A stretch of 64,000 bases of DNA from Blastocladiella emersonii ATCC 22665 (Eukaryota > Fungi > Blastocladiomycota): positions 1,736,001 to 1,800,000 of the forward strand of contig JANHCV010000008.1 of assembly GCA_025594325.1 (NCBI GenBank), given 5' to 3'. This document shows positions 45,139 through 57,618 of the stretch, piece after piece. The position numbers and the translations under genes are program-made. Numbering within the stretch: the first letter of the stretch is position 1; each line of letters starts with the position of its first letter. The notes under the pieces are model-generated. The model was not told where the DNA came from and did not search any database. It saw nothing but the letters and a program-made list of their open reading frames with translations.

Positions 45139-47801
45139 TTACTGGCTGATCTCAATGCTCGCATACTCGACGGGCAACCCCGCTCCGCCAAACAGACCCG
45201 TGCACCCGACCCGCGCCTCGGCCATGCGCCGACGGTGCTGCAGGTACACGCGGAACAGCTCCACGATCGGCGGCCGCTGCGTCGCACTGCTCCCCGCGCC
45301 CGCCCCAACGCCGACTCCAGCCGCCGCCGCCGCCCCCGTGGAGATTGCCGCGCCGCCGGGCCCTGTCGGCGTGCTCGGGCCCGCCAGTGCACGCAGCCAC
45401 CGAATGAAGCTCGCCGCACGCTCGATCCGCTCGCTGCAGAAACGGTCCACGGGGTACTGCGCCTCGTCGCTCCCCGAGCCCGCCGCGAACCCCGCTCCGC
45501 TTCCGTCTCCGCCAAACTTGGGCAGCGACAGGATCGACCCCGTCGTGCGCGACGGAGAACCACCGCCCCCGCTGCCCCCGCTGCCCCCGCTGCCCCCGCT
45601 GCCGCTGCCGCCGCTGCTTGAGCCACCGGGACCGCCTGGACCGTGCGACTGCGTGAGCCGGAGCGACCACGGGCACTGCCGGACGAGCCCGCACAGCGCA
45701 CACTTGGTCTTTTGCCCGCCTACCGAACTGGCTCCTGCCCCGCCGCCGCCCGTCGGGCTCGCCGACTCGCTTGCGACCGCCGCAACGGGGGACGGCCCGG
45801 CTGAGCTCGAGGACGGCCGCAATTCAACGCTGCCCGCCACCACCGCGTCCAGGAGCTTGCGTCGGAACCCGCCGCCCGTCGGCAGGTGCACCATCCCCGC
45901 CATGGTGCCCGACCCGGTCGCGTACGGCGTCCGCGCAAAGAGACACGGCTCCACGTCCTCGCTCAGGCACCGCTTGACCAGCGTCTCGCCCTCCACGGCG
46001 GACCACGCGAGCCCCGTCGATGCGGCCGACGCACCGGCCGACGAGATCCGCCGCACAAAGTCCTGGAATGCGTTGAGCTCGACCGCGTCGACGTACACTG
46101 GCCCGCCTGCACCACCCGCGCCGGGGCCTGCCGTCGCAGTGCCCGCCGCATCGACAGTCGAGGACGACGACCCCGACGAGCGCCGCAGCTTGCCGCCGGA
46201 ACCCGGGCCGGTGCTGGTGCCGGTGCTCGGGGTCACCGCCGCACGCGCCGCTGCGAGCTGCCGGGCGAGACCGCGGTTGGCCGTCTCGAGCGCGTCGCGC
46301 TGCTTGCTCTCCTCCTCGACCATCTTGTTGGCCTGGTCAAACAGCTGCGCCGTCAGCTCCTCGAGCTCCGTCTCCAGCAGATCCTTGGCCACCTGCACCC
46401 GGTCCCGCAGCGACCGCTCAAAGTCAATCGTGCGCTCGAGGTCCGCCACGAGATGCGTGAGCTCTGCAACGCGGTCATTGGCGTGATCAAGCTGCAACCC
46501 GAGTCCTCGGCAGCTGCGGCACGGCGCACCGCGCGACGATTGCGACGGGCCGGCCATGACGCTTGCGCCCGGGGCAGAGGGCAGCGGAGTCGGATGCAGT
46601 GAGGCACGGCCGAGGTCACCCTCGTCGTCGCCGAGCGAACCAGACATGGCCGGACCGGTTCCCGCATCACCCGGCGAGCGAAGCAGCAGTCCCGCGGCGG
46701 CCGAGAGGCTGAGAGAGCGGCCGTGTGAGAGTACCCGGCCCGAAACCGACAGCGGTTGTCCGTCCTTGCTGCCGCCACTGCCGCCACCGCCACCGCCAGG
46801 GGACGATAATGGGGCTGTCGTGCCCCGCGGCTGGTTCTGGACTAGCATCTGACCCAACGGAACCGTGTCCGATGGAGTCTCGGGATGAGATCCATTGCCG
46901 GCTGAAGAGCCCGCTCCTGGAAGGGCGAAGCCCGCCGCGCCGGACGACTCGCCGCCCACAATGGGCGATACCGGTCGGTGCTCGCTGACGGCAATGTGCG
47001 CGTTGCGGAGGTATTGAAGTGCAAATCGGACGCACTCCACAAACTCGAGGTCAACGTGGGAGGGTACCGTTGTGGGCTGGGAGACAGGATCGCGACCGCC
47101 TCGCTGCGCAACAGGAAAGTGAACCTTGGAGGCCGGCCCGTTTGCGCCTGGCGGTTTGTTCTGGACAGGCAAGGTCGCGGACGCCGCGATCCGGTCGAGC
47201 GGCTTCGACAGAAAGTGCATGGCCTCCTTCTGCGCGAACTCGAGACGCGACGCGCGGATCCGCATGCGATCAAGTGCAGCGGCCTTTCGAGCAAGCGCAT
47301 CGTTGAGATGCCGAACCTGGTCGTCGCGCTCCGCCTCGAGGATCTGCGCGCGCGATCCAGTTAGTCCATGGACGCAAGATTCCGCGAGGTTCACCTCCCC
47401 ATCCATACCTTCAACTGACTTTCGAGCTCGGCCACGCGACCTGGGAGTTGGTGGCCAGAGGCCTCGCCACTGTGGCTTCCACGCGCGTCGCGGTCGTCGT
47501 GCGTGGGCAAGTTTCCGTCAGCCTGCAAAGTCATTGCGGATCGCGAGCCAAGACTAATCGGATGGCCGTCTGTTCCAGCAGCGTAGCGGCTCTGGGGCGC
47601 GGCGTGCACGTTGGGCGCCGCCGGTAGGACGGAGACAGAGCCCGTTTGATCACTTGCGGCCAAGGGACTAGCAGAGTCTACTGCCCGAGCGGGGCGAAAA
47701 GTATCGTTGAGCAGATCCACGTCGACGAACGGGGCCGACAGCGGCAGGCCCTCGGGGCGGTCGTCGCTGGCGAGCGGAACACCAGCGAAACTGTTGCTCA
47801 T
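45139..47801 (-). CDS. SEC2: Sec2/Rabin8-family Rab GEF, ~865 aa; intron 47344-47408
   Basis: LETELEELTAQLFDQANKMV coiled-coil GEF motif; RCLSEDVEPCL; KCALCG; VDRFCSERIERAASFIRWLR; ARVG C-terminus. Confidence 0.85.
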
Positions 47802-48097
47802 ATATGAAGCAGTGCGTGGCGCGGCAGTTGCATAGAATGGTTTAGAGTGTATGCCGCTGTGTGGGGAAGCGGGAGCGGAGAGGGAACATGGACCGGACGG
47901 GCGCAAATGGGGCCTGCCCTTCCGTTCTCTCCCACTCGAGGCAGCCACGCGTCGCCGTCGTCTCCCACTGGTCCACGGGATACGTGTCAAGTAGAACCAA
48001 TTTATGGGGGGTAGTCATCATCAACGCGCGGTCGTTCGGGCCAAGGGCAAGGGACGGGATCGATCGAGGTATGTACAGGAGCAACGTGCTGGGCGGA

Positions 48098-48718
48098 TCA
48101 AACGCCCGTCAGAATCATCTGCTTGGCCACGTCCGTCGACTCGACCATGTTCATGAACTCGTCAAAGGAGATGCGTCCGTCGCCGTCGAGGTCGGCCTCC
48201 ATGATGGTCTTATCAACAATCTGCTGCAGCTGGTGGTCCTTGAGGTTGTTCCCGACCATCATCTTGAGCACGAGGAACAGCTCGCCGTTTGAGATGTAGC
48301 CGTCGCGGTCCATGTCGTACACCTTGAACGCGAAGCGCATCTTGGACTCCTTGTTGCCGCGGCCCGAGAAGACGCTGAGTCCGTTCAGGAACTCGGAAAA
48401 GTCCACGTCGCCGCCGCCGTCCTCGTCGAAGATGGACACGAGGCGCCCGACAAGCGGGTTGTTGGCAATCTGCGGGATGGAGAGGAACTCGTCCTTGTCG
48501 ATGCTCCCGTTGCCGTCCTTGTCGAGCTTCATGAAGCGCTTGTGGAGGCGCTTGACCTCCTCCGCATTGACTAGGCACGGTGTGGGCGGTTAGCGCGGGC
48601 AGGGGGAGATGGGGGCTGTCGAGCGCGCCGCCGGATCGCAATGTCGGGTCGTACAGATGGGCTCGCCCTTGGAGTCCGTGGGCGACATGGACGAGTTCTG
48701 GAGCGTCGCGTCTGCCAT
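48098..48718 (-). CDS. CNB1: Calcineurin regulatory subunit B, 178 aa; intron 48571-48654
   Basis: [29 protein letters not shown]; four EF hands; [48 protein letters not shown]. Confidence 0.96.
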
Positions 48719-48904
48719 TTTCGCGAGGGATGCCGAGTCGGACGGTGCCGAAGAGATCCGTTGCAGGGAGTGGGGCAGTCAGACTGGCCAAGTTTGGAAT
48801 GGTGGTGCTCGAGCGGCGAGGACACTGTTCGTGCTGAGGCGCCATCGCACGCGTCCTTCATTTGGCCCCGGCCCGAAATCGGGAAACCGCTAGTCACGTG
48901 ACCG

Positions 48905-49925
48905 TGTTCAACCGGTTTTCACTTGCTCCTCTGCCCTTGCCGAAGGTGCTGGCACTACGCCGAGCTGGCACCTGCTGCGGGTGCGCACCCAGTCAGTGGA
49001 CGCCCGCGCCGACCTGGCCGGGCTTCGGCTGATCGACCTCTCGACGCTCTCTGATCCAATGGAATTCGCGCGCCTCGCGCTTTCGCTTGAGCTTCCCGAG
49101 GACTTTGTGGGCGTTGGCTCGGGCGAGATCTTCTCGGACGGCTCGCTCAAGGGCGCGGGCACCGACGCCGTGGCTGCTGGTGCAGGCGTCTGCACAGTCG
49201 ACCGCGAGGAGGACTTTGAGTGGAGTTTCGCAGTCCCTGCCGGCAACCACTCAAGTTTCCGGTCCGAGCTCTGGGGCGTCATTGCGGCTGCCTCGGTGGC
49301 CAGACGCGGGACCTCGCTCACCATCACTCTGGACAACAAGGGTGTGGTCGACACCGCGGTCAAAATGCTTGCACCCAGCGCACGCGTCAAGATCCGCGCA
49401 ACGTGCTCGCTGGAATGGGCCGTGCTCCGTTGGATCGTGGAGGCGCGCAACCTCAAGATAGCTTTGCAGTGGACGCGCGGGCACGTCGGCACCAAGGGCA
49501 ACGAGGTGGCGGACGGCCTGGCCAATTCAGGAACGCAGCCCGGCGTCGCCCCTCTCGCCATCAACCCGGCGATCCGCCGGCTGTTTGACGCGCCCTTCAC
49601 GGTGATGTGGCGCGGCCAGGCCATCAACACGGACCCGCGACGCTTTGCGCGCGGCCTCAACAACGCGCGGCACAACGCCGTGTTGGCGACCGTGACGGCG
49701 GCCGGCGTCGTGCGCGCTCCCGTTGACATCCCCGCGACCGCGATCGCGCTGCGCGGCGGGCCCCGTCGCGTCCGCGGCAGCGAGTCCTTCTCGGCCAACG
49801 CGACCCTGAGTTTCCAGCTTAAGGCCCTCGCCGGCCAGCTGCCAACCCGCCATCGCTTGCACTCGTGGTGGCCGCACCGCTACCCGTCTGAGGACTGCGT
49901 GGAGTGCTCGGCCCTCGGCCACTCC
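48905..49925 (+). mobile_element. Non-LTR retrotransposon fragment A: RNase H domain plus start of the zinc-binding region; truncated at both ends
   Basis: FSDGS...RSELWG...LDNK...WTRGH..TKGNEVADGLA; LPTRHRL...CVEC. The 3' end is fused to satellite-unit sequence. The 5' boundary is approximate. Confidence 0.75.
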
Positions 49926-49926
49926 A

Positions 49927-51247
49927 TGCTGCGACAAATGGCCGCGGCCAGTGTACGGTAATTGTACGTGTACCCTTCTTCCCGTGGCCGCCCCGCCACC
50001 CTAACTTGGTGCTGGCATGTCACTTGGTCACTTGGTCACTTGGTCACTTGCTCACTTGGCGCTTCTGATGGAGGTCTAATCCAGGCACGCACGGGCACAG
50101 GCCCGCACGCCCACACGCACTCCTGCCAGGAGCAAGTGGTGTGGGTCATCCACCATTCAGCTAGTAGTCCCTAGCACTCCTTGGCCCCGGTACGGACTCT
50201 TGCAGGAGGAGCCCTGCCGCCTCAGCCCTCCGCAGCCAGCCCTCTGCAACCCTGTGGAGCAGTACGGCCGCTACGCTGTTTGCAAGGTACGTACGGTGGC
50301 CAGGGCGACGCAGGTGCTGTGGTGTTGCTTGCCACTTGGCTGGCAATAGGGGCTGGCGCACCCATCCATCAATCAATCAACGGCACTGGGAGGGCAGGCA
50401 GGCGCACCCGTTGGAGCGAGTAGTAAGCCTGGATGATAAATCATTGTTGAGTTGGGGACGCCTTGCACGCCTGCCGTTCATGCGAGTGTCTGTGACGCCA
50501 GGGTGGCCGTTTACGCCGTGTGCGCAGCGCGTGGTGCGTCGGGCGCTGTGCGCTGTGCGCTGTGCGCCCTGCACGGTGCGTGGTGTACATCCGTCAGCGG
50601 GTGAGTGGTTTCGCGCGGATAGACAGAGGAGCTGATCGTAACCCTCCCTGGCCCTTCATCATGCAGGACTTGGCCAGTGCTGATCGTTCATTCCTTTGTT
50701 GGCTGGTACGGCAACCAGAGTGCGCAGGCCCACCATGACTTGAGAGGCGATGTGGGTGTTTGGTTAGCAGGTAGGCAGGTAGGCAGGTTGGCTGGTAGGC
50801 AAATTGGCAGGTTGGCAGGTTGGCAGGTTGACAGTTGTTCGTTGATTGGACCGTTTGCTTTGCTGACAGCTTCGATAATTGGAGGATCGCAGACTTGGAT
50901 AATGGAGTGTGCACAAAGGGGTAGGTTTGGATATCTGCCGCTTTGGGTCCTTGCCCACCTGGACGTGAGGGAATCCGAAGATTTGAGTACGGTTTTGTTT
51001 GAGTACCATGTCAATTATCAGCGTGGCAGGTTTGATACATCCCGATCGTCAGATATTTTGTTGGTTCAATACTGTGATATATAGGCCCTTGCCCACCTGG
51101 ACATGGGGTATTCGAAGATTTGAGTATGGTTTTGTTTGAGTACCATGACAATTATCTACGTGGCTGGTTCACGATATTTCTTTTGTTAGATATTTTGTTG
51201 CTTTGATACCGTGATTTATGGGTCGCCGGCTAGCTGGACATGCGGGA
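49927..51247 (-). repeat. Diverged inverted partial copy of the 3,049-bp tandem unit (including ~2 monomers of the 138-bp satellite)
   Basis: Reverse-complement similarity to ~55590-57075, including TCACTTGG repeats at 50020-50059; multiple substitutions and indels. Confidence 0.9.
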
Positions 51248-53425
51248 CGCTGGTGCCAGTCTCCACGGACGGCTCCATGGTGCCAGCCGCGGACGGGGCC
51301 GGGTCGTCCCGCCTTGGAGCGGGCGTGTGGTTCCCGACGCTTGGTGTCCGTCTGTCAGCGCGCGTCTCGCCTGGCGTAGCTTCTTCTACGCGAGCGGAGG
51401 CGTGGGCGATCGCGCTTGCGGTCGCCGCGGCACCACAGCGCTCGCGGATCCACATCTACTCTGACTCCCAGGCCGCCATTGCAACGGCCATCCGCGTCAT
51501 CTCGTTCCTTTCGTCCTCCTCGTCTGATTCTGGCTTTCCTTCTTCCCTCAGTTCTAGCGACGCATGGTCGTTTGCAGTGGCGGCCGCGCGCGCCCGCCGT
51601 GTGACCTTTTCGCTCTCCTGGGTCCGCGGGCACGCGGGCGTTGAGGGGAACGAGATCGCCGACGAGCTCGCTGCTGACGGGGCCGGTTTGGCCCAAGAGC
51701 TCGTCCTCGCTCCCCCCTTCGCCAAACAGATCCGGTTGGATGTTCAGCATGTGTTGCACTTTGATGACGTTCCTGTTCCAATTCCCTCCACCGCGTTCCT
51801 CAAGTTCCTGTCCACTGCACGTTGCGAGGCCACCCTTCGCTCCAAGTCCTCTCTCCTCTCCTCCCTCCTCTCCTCCCCTGACCCCGAAGAGCACCCAGAC
51901 ATGACCGCGACCTCCATGGCCATTGGCTCTGGCTCCTGCCCGCTCGATAAGCGCACGTCCAGCGCAGCGAACCGCGACATCGTCTACCGCGTGCGCCACC
52001 TGCTTGGGATCACACCCACTCGCTCACTACTGCACGCTCGCCACCCTACTCTAGTCACGTCGCAGGTGTGTCCTAGGTGCCGAGCAGCCGACGACGACGG
52101 AAGTCACTGGATGATCTGCACAGGTAACGCCGCGGCCGTGTCCGCTGCGCTGGGCTCTGCCCAAAAGTCTGTTGGGCGCTTCGCTCGCCGCGCCGCCGCC
52201 TCTGTTGCCGCCGCGGCCGCCGCTAAACGACCACTCGAATCTTCTACTACACCACCACCACCACCACCCGCTACGCTTTCTCCTGTCCATGGCGAGGACC
52301 TCAGCACTCCCGGCTACGCCATGGTCGGCGAGTCCGTTGCTGGCGCGACGCGGTCCCTTGCCTCGTTCGGCCGTCGCCTCCTCGCCTCCATCTGGCGCGA
52401 CCCCGCCGCTCTGTCTCGCCTCGCCGGCTGCGTTGTACGCGCCGGCGACGTCGCCTTCGCCTCCCGCTCGCTCCAGCTCGACCGCGACCTCGCTCGACCC
52501 GTCCTCGCGGCCATCACGTCCGTCGCCTCCCGATCCCTCTGGCGCGGCGCCTGGCTCTCTCACTCTGCTGGCTGCGCCGAGGCCGACCCACTCGATTTTT
52601 CTGAAGCTCCGCCGCGCGAGCCGCGTGAGCGGGCCCGCCGCCCATTTGGCCAGCCCATTGCCACACTCAAGTTCATCAACCGCCACCACTACTGCTCTCG
52701 CTGTCTGAGCTCGCTCCATTCCCACGTCCCCAACCCGTCTGGGCGTGAAGAAGACCCGCCAGTGTGCCCGCCGTCCACCGCGGCCCAAGCGGCTCTTGTT
52801 GCAGATCCCTCCGTCCGACTTTGGCTGCTCGGTTCCCCAAGGCACATTCGGTGATGTGACTAGACCAAGGATCGGCGCAGTCGACGCAAGTCCAGTAGCA
52901 CCAGGTGTTTGCGCGCGGTACTGACCCATCCACTTTCTCTCGTTCTGACGACGATGAAACGCATGATCCGCCACTGAATGGCGCTGACGCACAAAAGAAA
53001 AAGAAGGAGTAAAACAAAAAGAAAAGAAACGCGAAAGAAGAACGTCCGCACAAAAAGCTGGAAAAACATCTGACGAACCTCACAGGCCATGCCCAATAGC
53101 ACAGCACTGCCACTGGTCCATTGGCATGTCCTCGCGCTCTAGCTGGTCACGCCAGCGAGTCTCTCTGCTCGGTCTCTCTTTACTGCTCTTCGTTCGCTCT
53201 CTTAGCTCGCTGCTCGAGCTCGCTCTCTCTTCGCCTCGTTCGCCGATCTCTCTCGTACTCCCCTCTCCTCCCACAATTCTTCCCCCTATGCTCCTCGACG
53301 TGCACGGTCCGGGCTTGTCGTACTGCGACTTGCCCACAAAAAGGCTGCTGCCCGTTGCACAGTGGATATTCTGCTTGCAGTTCACAACCGCTGTTAAGGA
53401 ATAAATGCATTGGTTCCAAAAAAAA
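51248..53425 (+). mobile_element. 5'-truncated LINE copy B: intact RNase H plus CCHC ORF (stop 52854), long 3' UTR, AATAAA and A8 tail
   Basis: STDGS...RAEAW...YSDSQ...WVRGH..EGNEIADELA; CPRC...SHWMIC; AATAAA at 53400-53405; A8 at 53418-53425. Confidence 0.85.
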
Positions 53426-54701
53426 GCCATTGACGACGGAAGCCACTGGATGATCTGCACAGGTAACGCCGCGGCCGTGTCCGCCGCGCTGGGCTCTGCC
53501 CAAAAGTCTGTTGAGCGCTTCGCTCGCCGCGCCGCTGCCTCTGTTGCCGCCGCCGCCGCCGCTACTGCCGCCGTCGCCTCCACTGCACGAGCATCAAATG
53601 CGCCCACTCCACCTCCACCTCCACCTGCACCACCACCGCCTCTCTCTCCTGTCCAAGGCGAGGACCTCAGCACGCCCGGCTACACCATGGTCGGCGAGTC
53701 CATTGCTGGCGCAACCGACGCCCTCCACAACTTTGGCACTCGACTCGCGGCCTCCATCTGGCGCGACCCCGACGCCCTCTCCCGCCTCGCTGGCTGCGTT
53801 CTACGCGTCCGCGACGTGTCGTTCGGCTCGCGGGCCCTCCAACTCGACCGCGCCCTCACCCGGCCCGTCCTCGCGGCCATCACCTCCGTGGCCTCGCGCT
53901 CCCTCTGGCGACTCGGCTGGCTCCCCCATGCCGCTGGGTGCGCCGAGGTCGACCCGCTCGACTTTTCCGACGCTCCGCCCCGCGAGGCGAGCGCACGCAT
54001 TCGACGTCCATTTGGCCAACACAGTGCCACCCTCAAGTTCGTTAACAAACACCACTACTGCACGCGGTGCTTGCACTCGATGCACTCCCACGCCCCCAAC
54101 CCCTCTGGGCGTGAAGAAGACCCGCCCGTGTGCCCGCCCACCACTGCGGCCCAGGCGGCTCTTGCTGCAGATCCCTCCGTCCGTCTTTGGCTGCTCGGCT
54201 CCCCAAGGCACATCCTGAAGTGACAAGTCCGAAGCAACCGCGTGGTCGTCGCTGAATCATGTCCATCGGTGCATGGATTGACACAAAAGAAAAGAAAAGA
54301 AACGAAACGAAAAGAAAAGAAAAGACAAAACTGAAGAAGAAAAAGAAAACCTGGAATTCCTCTCGGGCCACGGCCAAAGCCACAGTACTGCTACTGGCTT
54401 TCCGGCGTGCCCTCGCTCTCCCGCTGGCCAGCCCAGCATGTCACCCTGCTCGGTCTCGATAATTGTTCATTCGCTCCTCTCTCACTACTGCTCGTTTGGC
54501 GCTACTGGTCTGCTTTGCTCCGTCCGTTCGTCCTATCTTGCCTCCTTCCCTCACTTCTTCCCCTTTGCTCCTCGACGTGCGTGGTCCAGGCCTTGCTTAA
54601 TTGCAGCTCGGCCAGAAAAGGCCGGCGCCTGGCGTACAGCGGATACTCTGCTTGCAGGTTACAACCGCCGTTAAGGAATAAATCAAAGGTTCCAAAAAAA
54701 A
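53426..54701 (+). mobile_element. More severely 5'-truncated, diverged LINE copy B' directly after the poly(A) of copy B
   Basis: ORF DDGSHWMICTGNAAAVSAALGSAQKSV...WLLGSPRHI parallels copy B; homologous 3' UTR; AATAAA at 54677-54682; A8 at 54694-54701. Confidence 0.85.
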
Positions 54702-56912
54702 GACGTACCAAACCAGCGACGTAGATAGACAATTGTCATGGTGCTCAAACAAAACCATATTCAAAACCTTGACTTCCCGCATGTCCAGCTGGCCAGGGAC
54801 CCACAAATCACAGTATCGAACCAACAAAGTATCTGACAACAGAAATATGGTACAACAGCCACGCGGATAATTGTCATGGTACTCAATCAAAACCATATGT
54901 TAATCTTTGCTTTCCTGCATGTCCAGCTGGCCAGGGACCCAAAAGTCCCAGTATCGAACCAACAAAGTATCTGACAACAGAAATATAGTAAACAATCCAC
55001 GCAGATCATTGTCGTGGTACTTAATCAAAACCATATTCTAATCTTTGCTTTCCCGCATGTCAAGCTGGTTGAGGACCCATAAATCGTAAAGTCGAACCAA
55101 AAAAATATCTGGCCATAGAGATATAGTAGACCAGCCACTCTGGCAATTGTCATGGTACTCAAACAAAACCATATTCAAATCTTTGACCTCCCGCATGCCC
55201 ATGTGGGCAAGGACCTATAGATCAGAGTATCGTACCAAGAAAATATCTGACCATGGAAATATAGTATACCAGCCACGTAGGTAATTGTCATGGCACTCAA
55301 ACGAAACCATAGTCAAGTCTTTGACTATTCACATGTCCAGCTGGTTGAGGACCCATAAATCGTAACGTCAAAGCAACAATATTTCCGACCATGGAAGTAT
55401 AGTAAACCAGCCACTCTGGCAATTGTCATGGTACTCAAACAAAACCATACTCAACTCTATGACTTCCCACATGTCCAGCAGGTTGGACACCCACAAATCA
55501 CAGTATCAAACCAACAAAATATCTGACCACAGGAGTATATATAACCGACCACGTAGGTAATTGCCTTGATACTCAAACAAAACCATATTCAAATCTTTCA
55601 CTTCCCGCTTGTCCAGCTAGCCAGGGACCCATAAATCACAGTATCACAGCAACACAATATCTGACCAAAGAAATATCGTAAACCAGCCACGTAGATAATT
55701 GTCATGGTACTCAAACAAAACCATACTCAAATCTTCGAGCGCCCCATGTCCAGGTGGGCAAGGGCCTATAAATCACAGTATTGAACCAAGGAAATACCTG
55801 ACTGACGATCGGGATGTATCAAACCTGCCACGCTGATAATTGTCATGGTACTCAAACATAACCATACTCAGCCAAATCTTCGCATACCCTCACGTCCAGG
55901 TGGGCAAGGAACCAAAGCGCCAGATATTCAAATCTACCGCTTTGTGCACACTCCACTAGCCAACTCTTCGATCCCCTAATTATGGAGCCCGTCGTCAAAG
56001 TACACGGTCCAATCAACCAAGTAAACAGCCAACCTGCCAACTTGCCTACCTGCTATCCGAACACCCACACCGCCTTGCAAGTCATTGGGGGCCCGCGCTC
56101 TCTGGTTGCCGTCCCGGCCAACAAAGGAAGGAATGATGAGCCCTGGCAGCCTGGCAGCCTGCCACTCTGACAGCTCGACTGACAGCGCCCACCCAGTAGA
56201 TATTATCTATCTCGTAGGTAGTCTGCGAGGACTTTGTTAGTCAATACACGACCAGTCTCCTCCTGGCTGCCGGCTCTGCTGTCCACTCCAAGTCCTGCAT
56301 GATGATGGGCCATGGAGGGTTCAGAGCAGCTCCTCTGTCTATCCGCGTGAAACCACTCACCCGCTGACGGATGTACACCGCGCACCGTGCAGCGCGCACA
56401 GCACACAGCGCCCGACGCACCACGCGGTGCGCACAAGGCGCAAACGGCCACCCTGGTGTCACACACACTCGCATGAACGGCAGGCATGCAAGGCGTCCCC
56501 AACTCAACAATGATTTATCATCCAGGCTTACTACTCGCTCCAACGGGTGCGCCTGCCTGCCCTCCCAGTGCCGTTGATTGATTGATGGATGGGTGCGCCA
56601 GCCCCTATTGCCAGCCAAGTGGCAAGCAACACCACAGCACCTGCGTCGCCCTGGCCACCGTACCTTGCAAACTGCGTAGCAGCCGTACTGCTTCACAGGG
56701 CTGCAGAGGGCTGGCTGCGGAGGGCTGAGGCGGCAGGGCTCCTCCTGCAGGAAGGAGACAGTGCTGGCGCCAAGGAGTGCTAGGGACGACAAACTGAATG
56801 GTGAATGACCCACACACCACATGCTCCTGGCAGGAGTGCGTGTGGGCGTGCGGGCTTGTGTCCGTGCGTGCCTGTGTCCGTGCGTGCCTGGATTAGACCT
56901 CCATCACAAGCG

Positions 56913-56986
56913 CCAAGTGACCAAGTGACCAAGTGACCAAGTGACCAAGTGACCAAGTGACCAAGGTGACCAAGTGACCAAGGTGA
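56913..56986 (+). repeat. Octamer repeat CCAAGTGA x9 (two CCAAGGTGA variants), once per 3,049-bp unit
   Basis: Read directly; recurs at 59962-60035 and 63011-63084. Confidence 0.95.
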
Positions 56987-57618
56987 CACACAAGCACCAA
57001 GCTAGGGTGGCCGGGCGGCCATGGAACGTACTGCATGGGTACCATTACCGTGGACTGGCCGCGGCCATTAATCGCAGCACAGCCCTGCCTGGCTCAGGAC
57101 GCGGCGGGCGTGGGAGGCGGGTTGGGTAGATAGGTAGCAGCAGCAGCACCTGGCTAGCTGGCTGTCAAACAACACGAGTGAAGGGGTGCGTGAGGGAGGG
57201 TGTGTTGAATGAATGGATGGGTGGATGCAAGCAGACCTTCATACGTGTCGTGCGTGATGAGGATTGGTTGGCCACCATCCACCAACGCCATGGCATGGCT
57301 GCGGGTGTCGCTGCGTGCGCCTTGGCGGGTGGTGTTGGTGGGTGGTGTTGGTGGTGGGTGCTGTGGTGGTAGTGGAGCTAAAGTGGTGTCGTGGGGCTCT
57401 TGGGGTCCCCTTTCCTTCCTGTCTGGCCTAGGTGGGTGGGTGGGTGGGTGGGCGGACGTAGCGCGCATGCGGGCGGGCAAGGTAGGAACGTTGCTCACGC
57501 AATGGATCATGTATTTCATGGAACGTAGTCTGGACAGCAGCAGAGAGGGGGATGTCCGGCCCAACCGGACCCTCCACGAATCACAATATGCACGCAATGA
57601 ATTGACCGATGATAGGGC

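Noticed and set aside
51211-51247. ORF-track start of the 547-aa RNase H ORF
   Set aside because: The first 12 codons are satellite sequence read in frame by chance; the element itself starts at about 51248.
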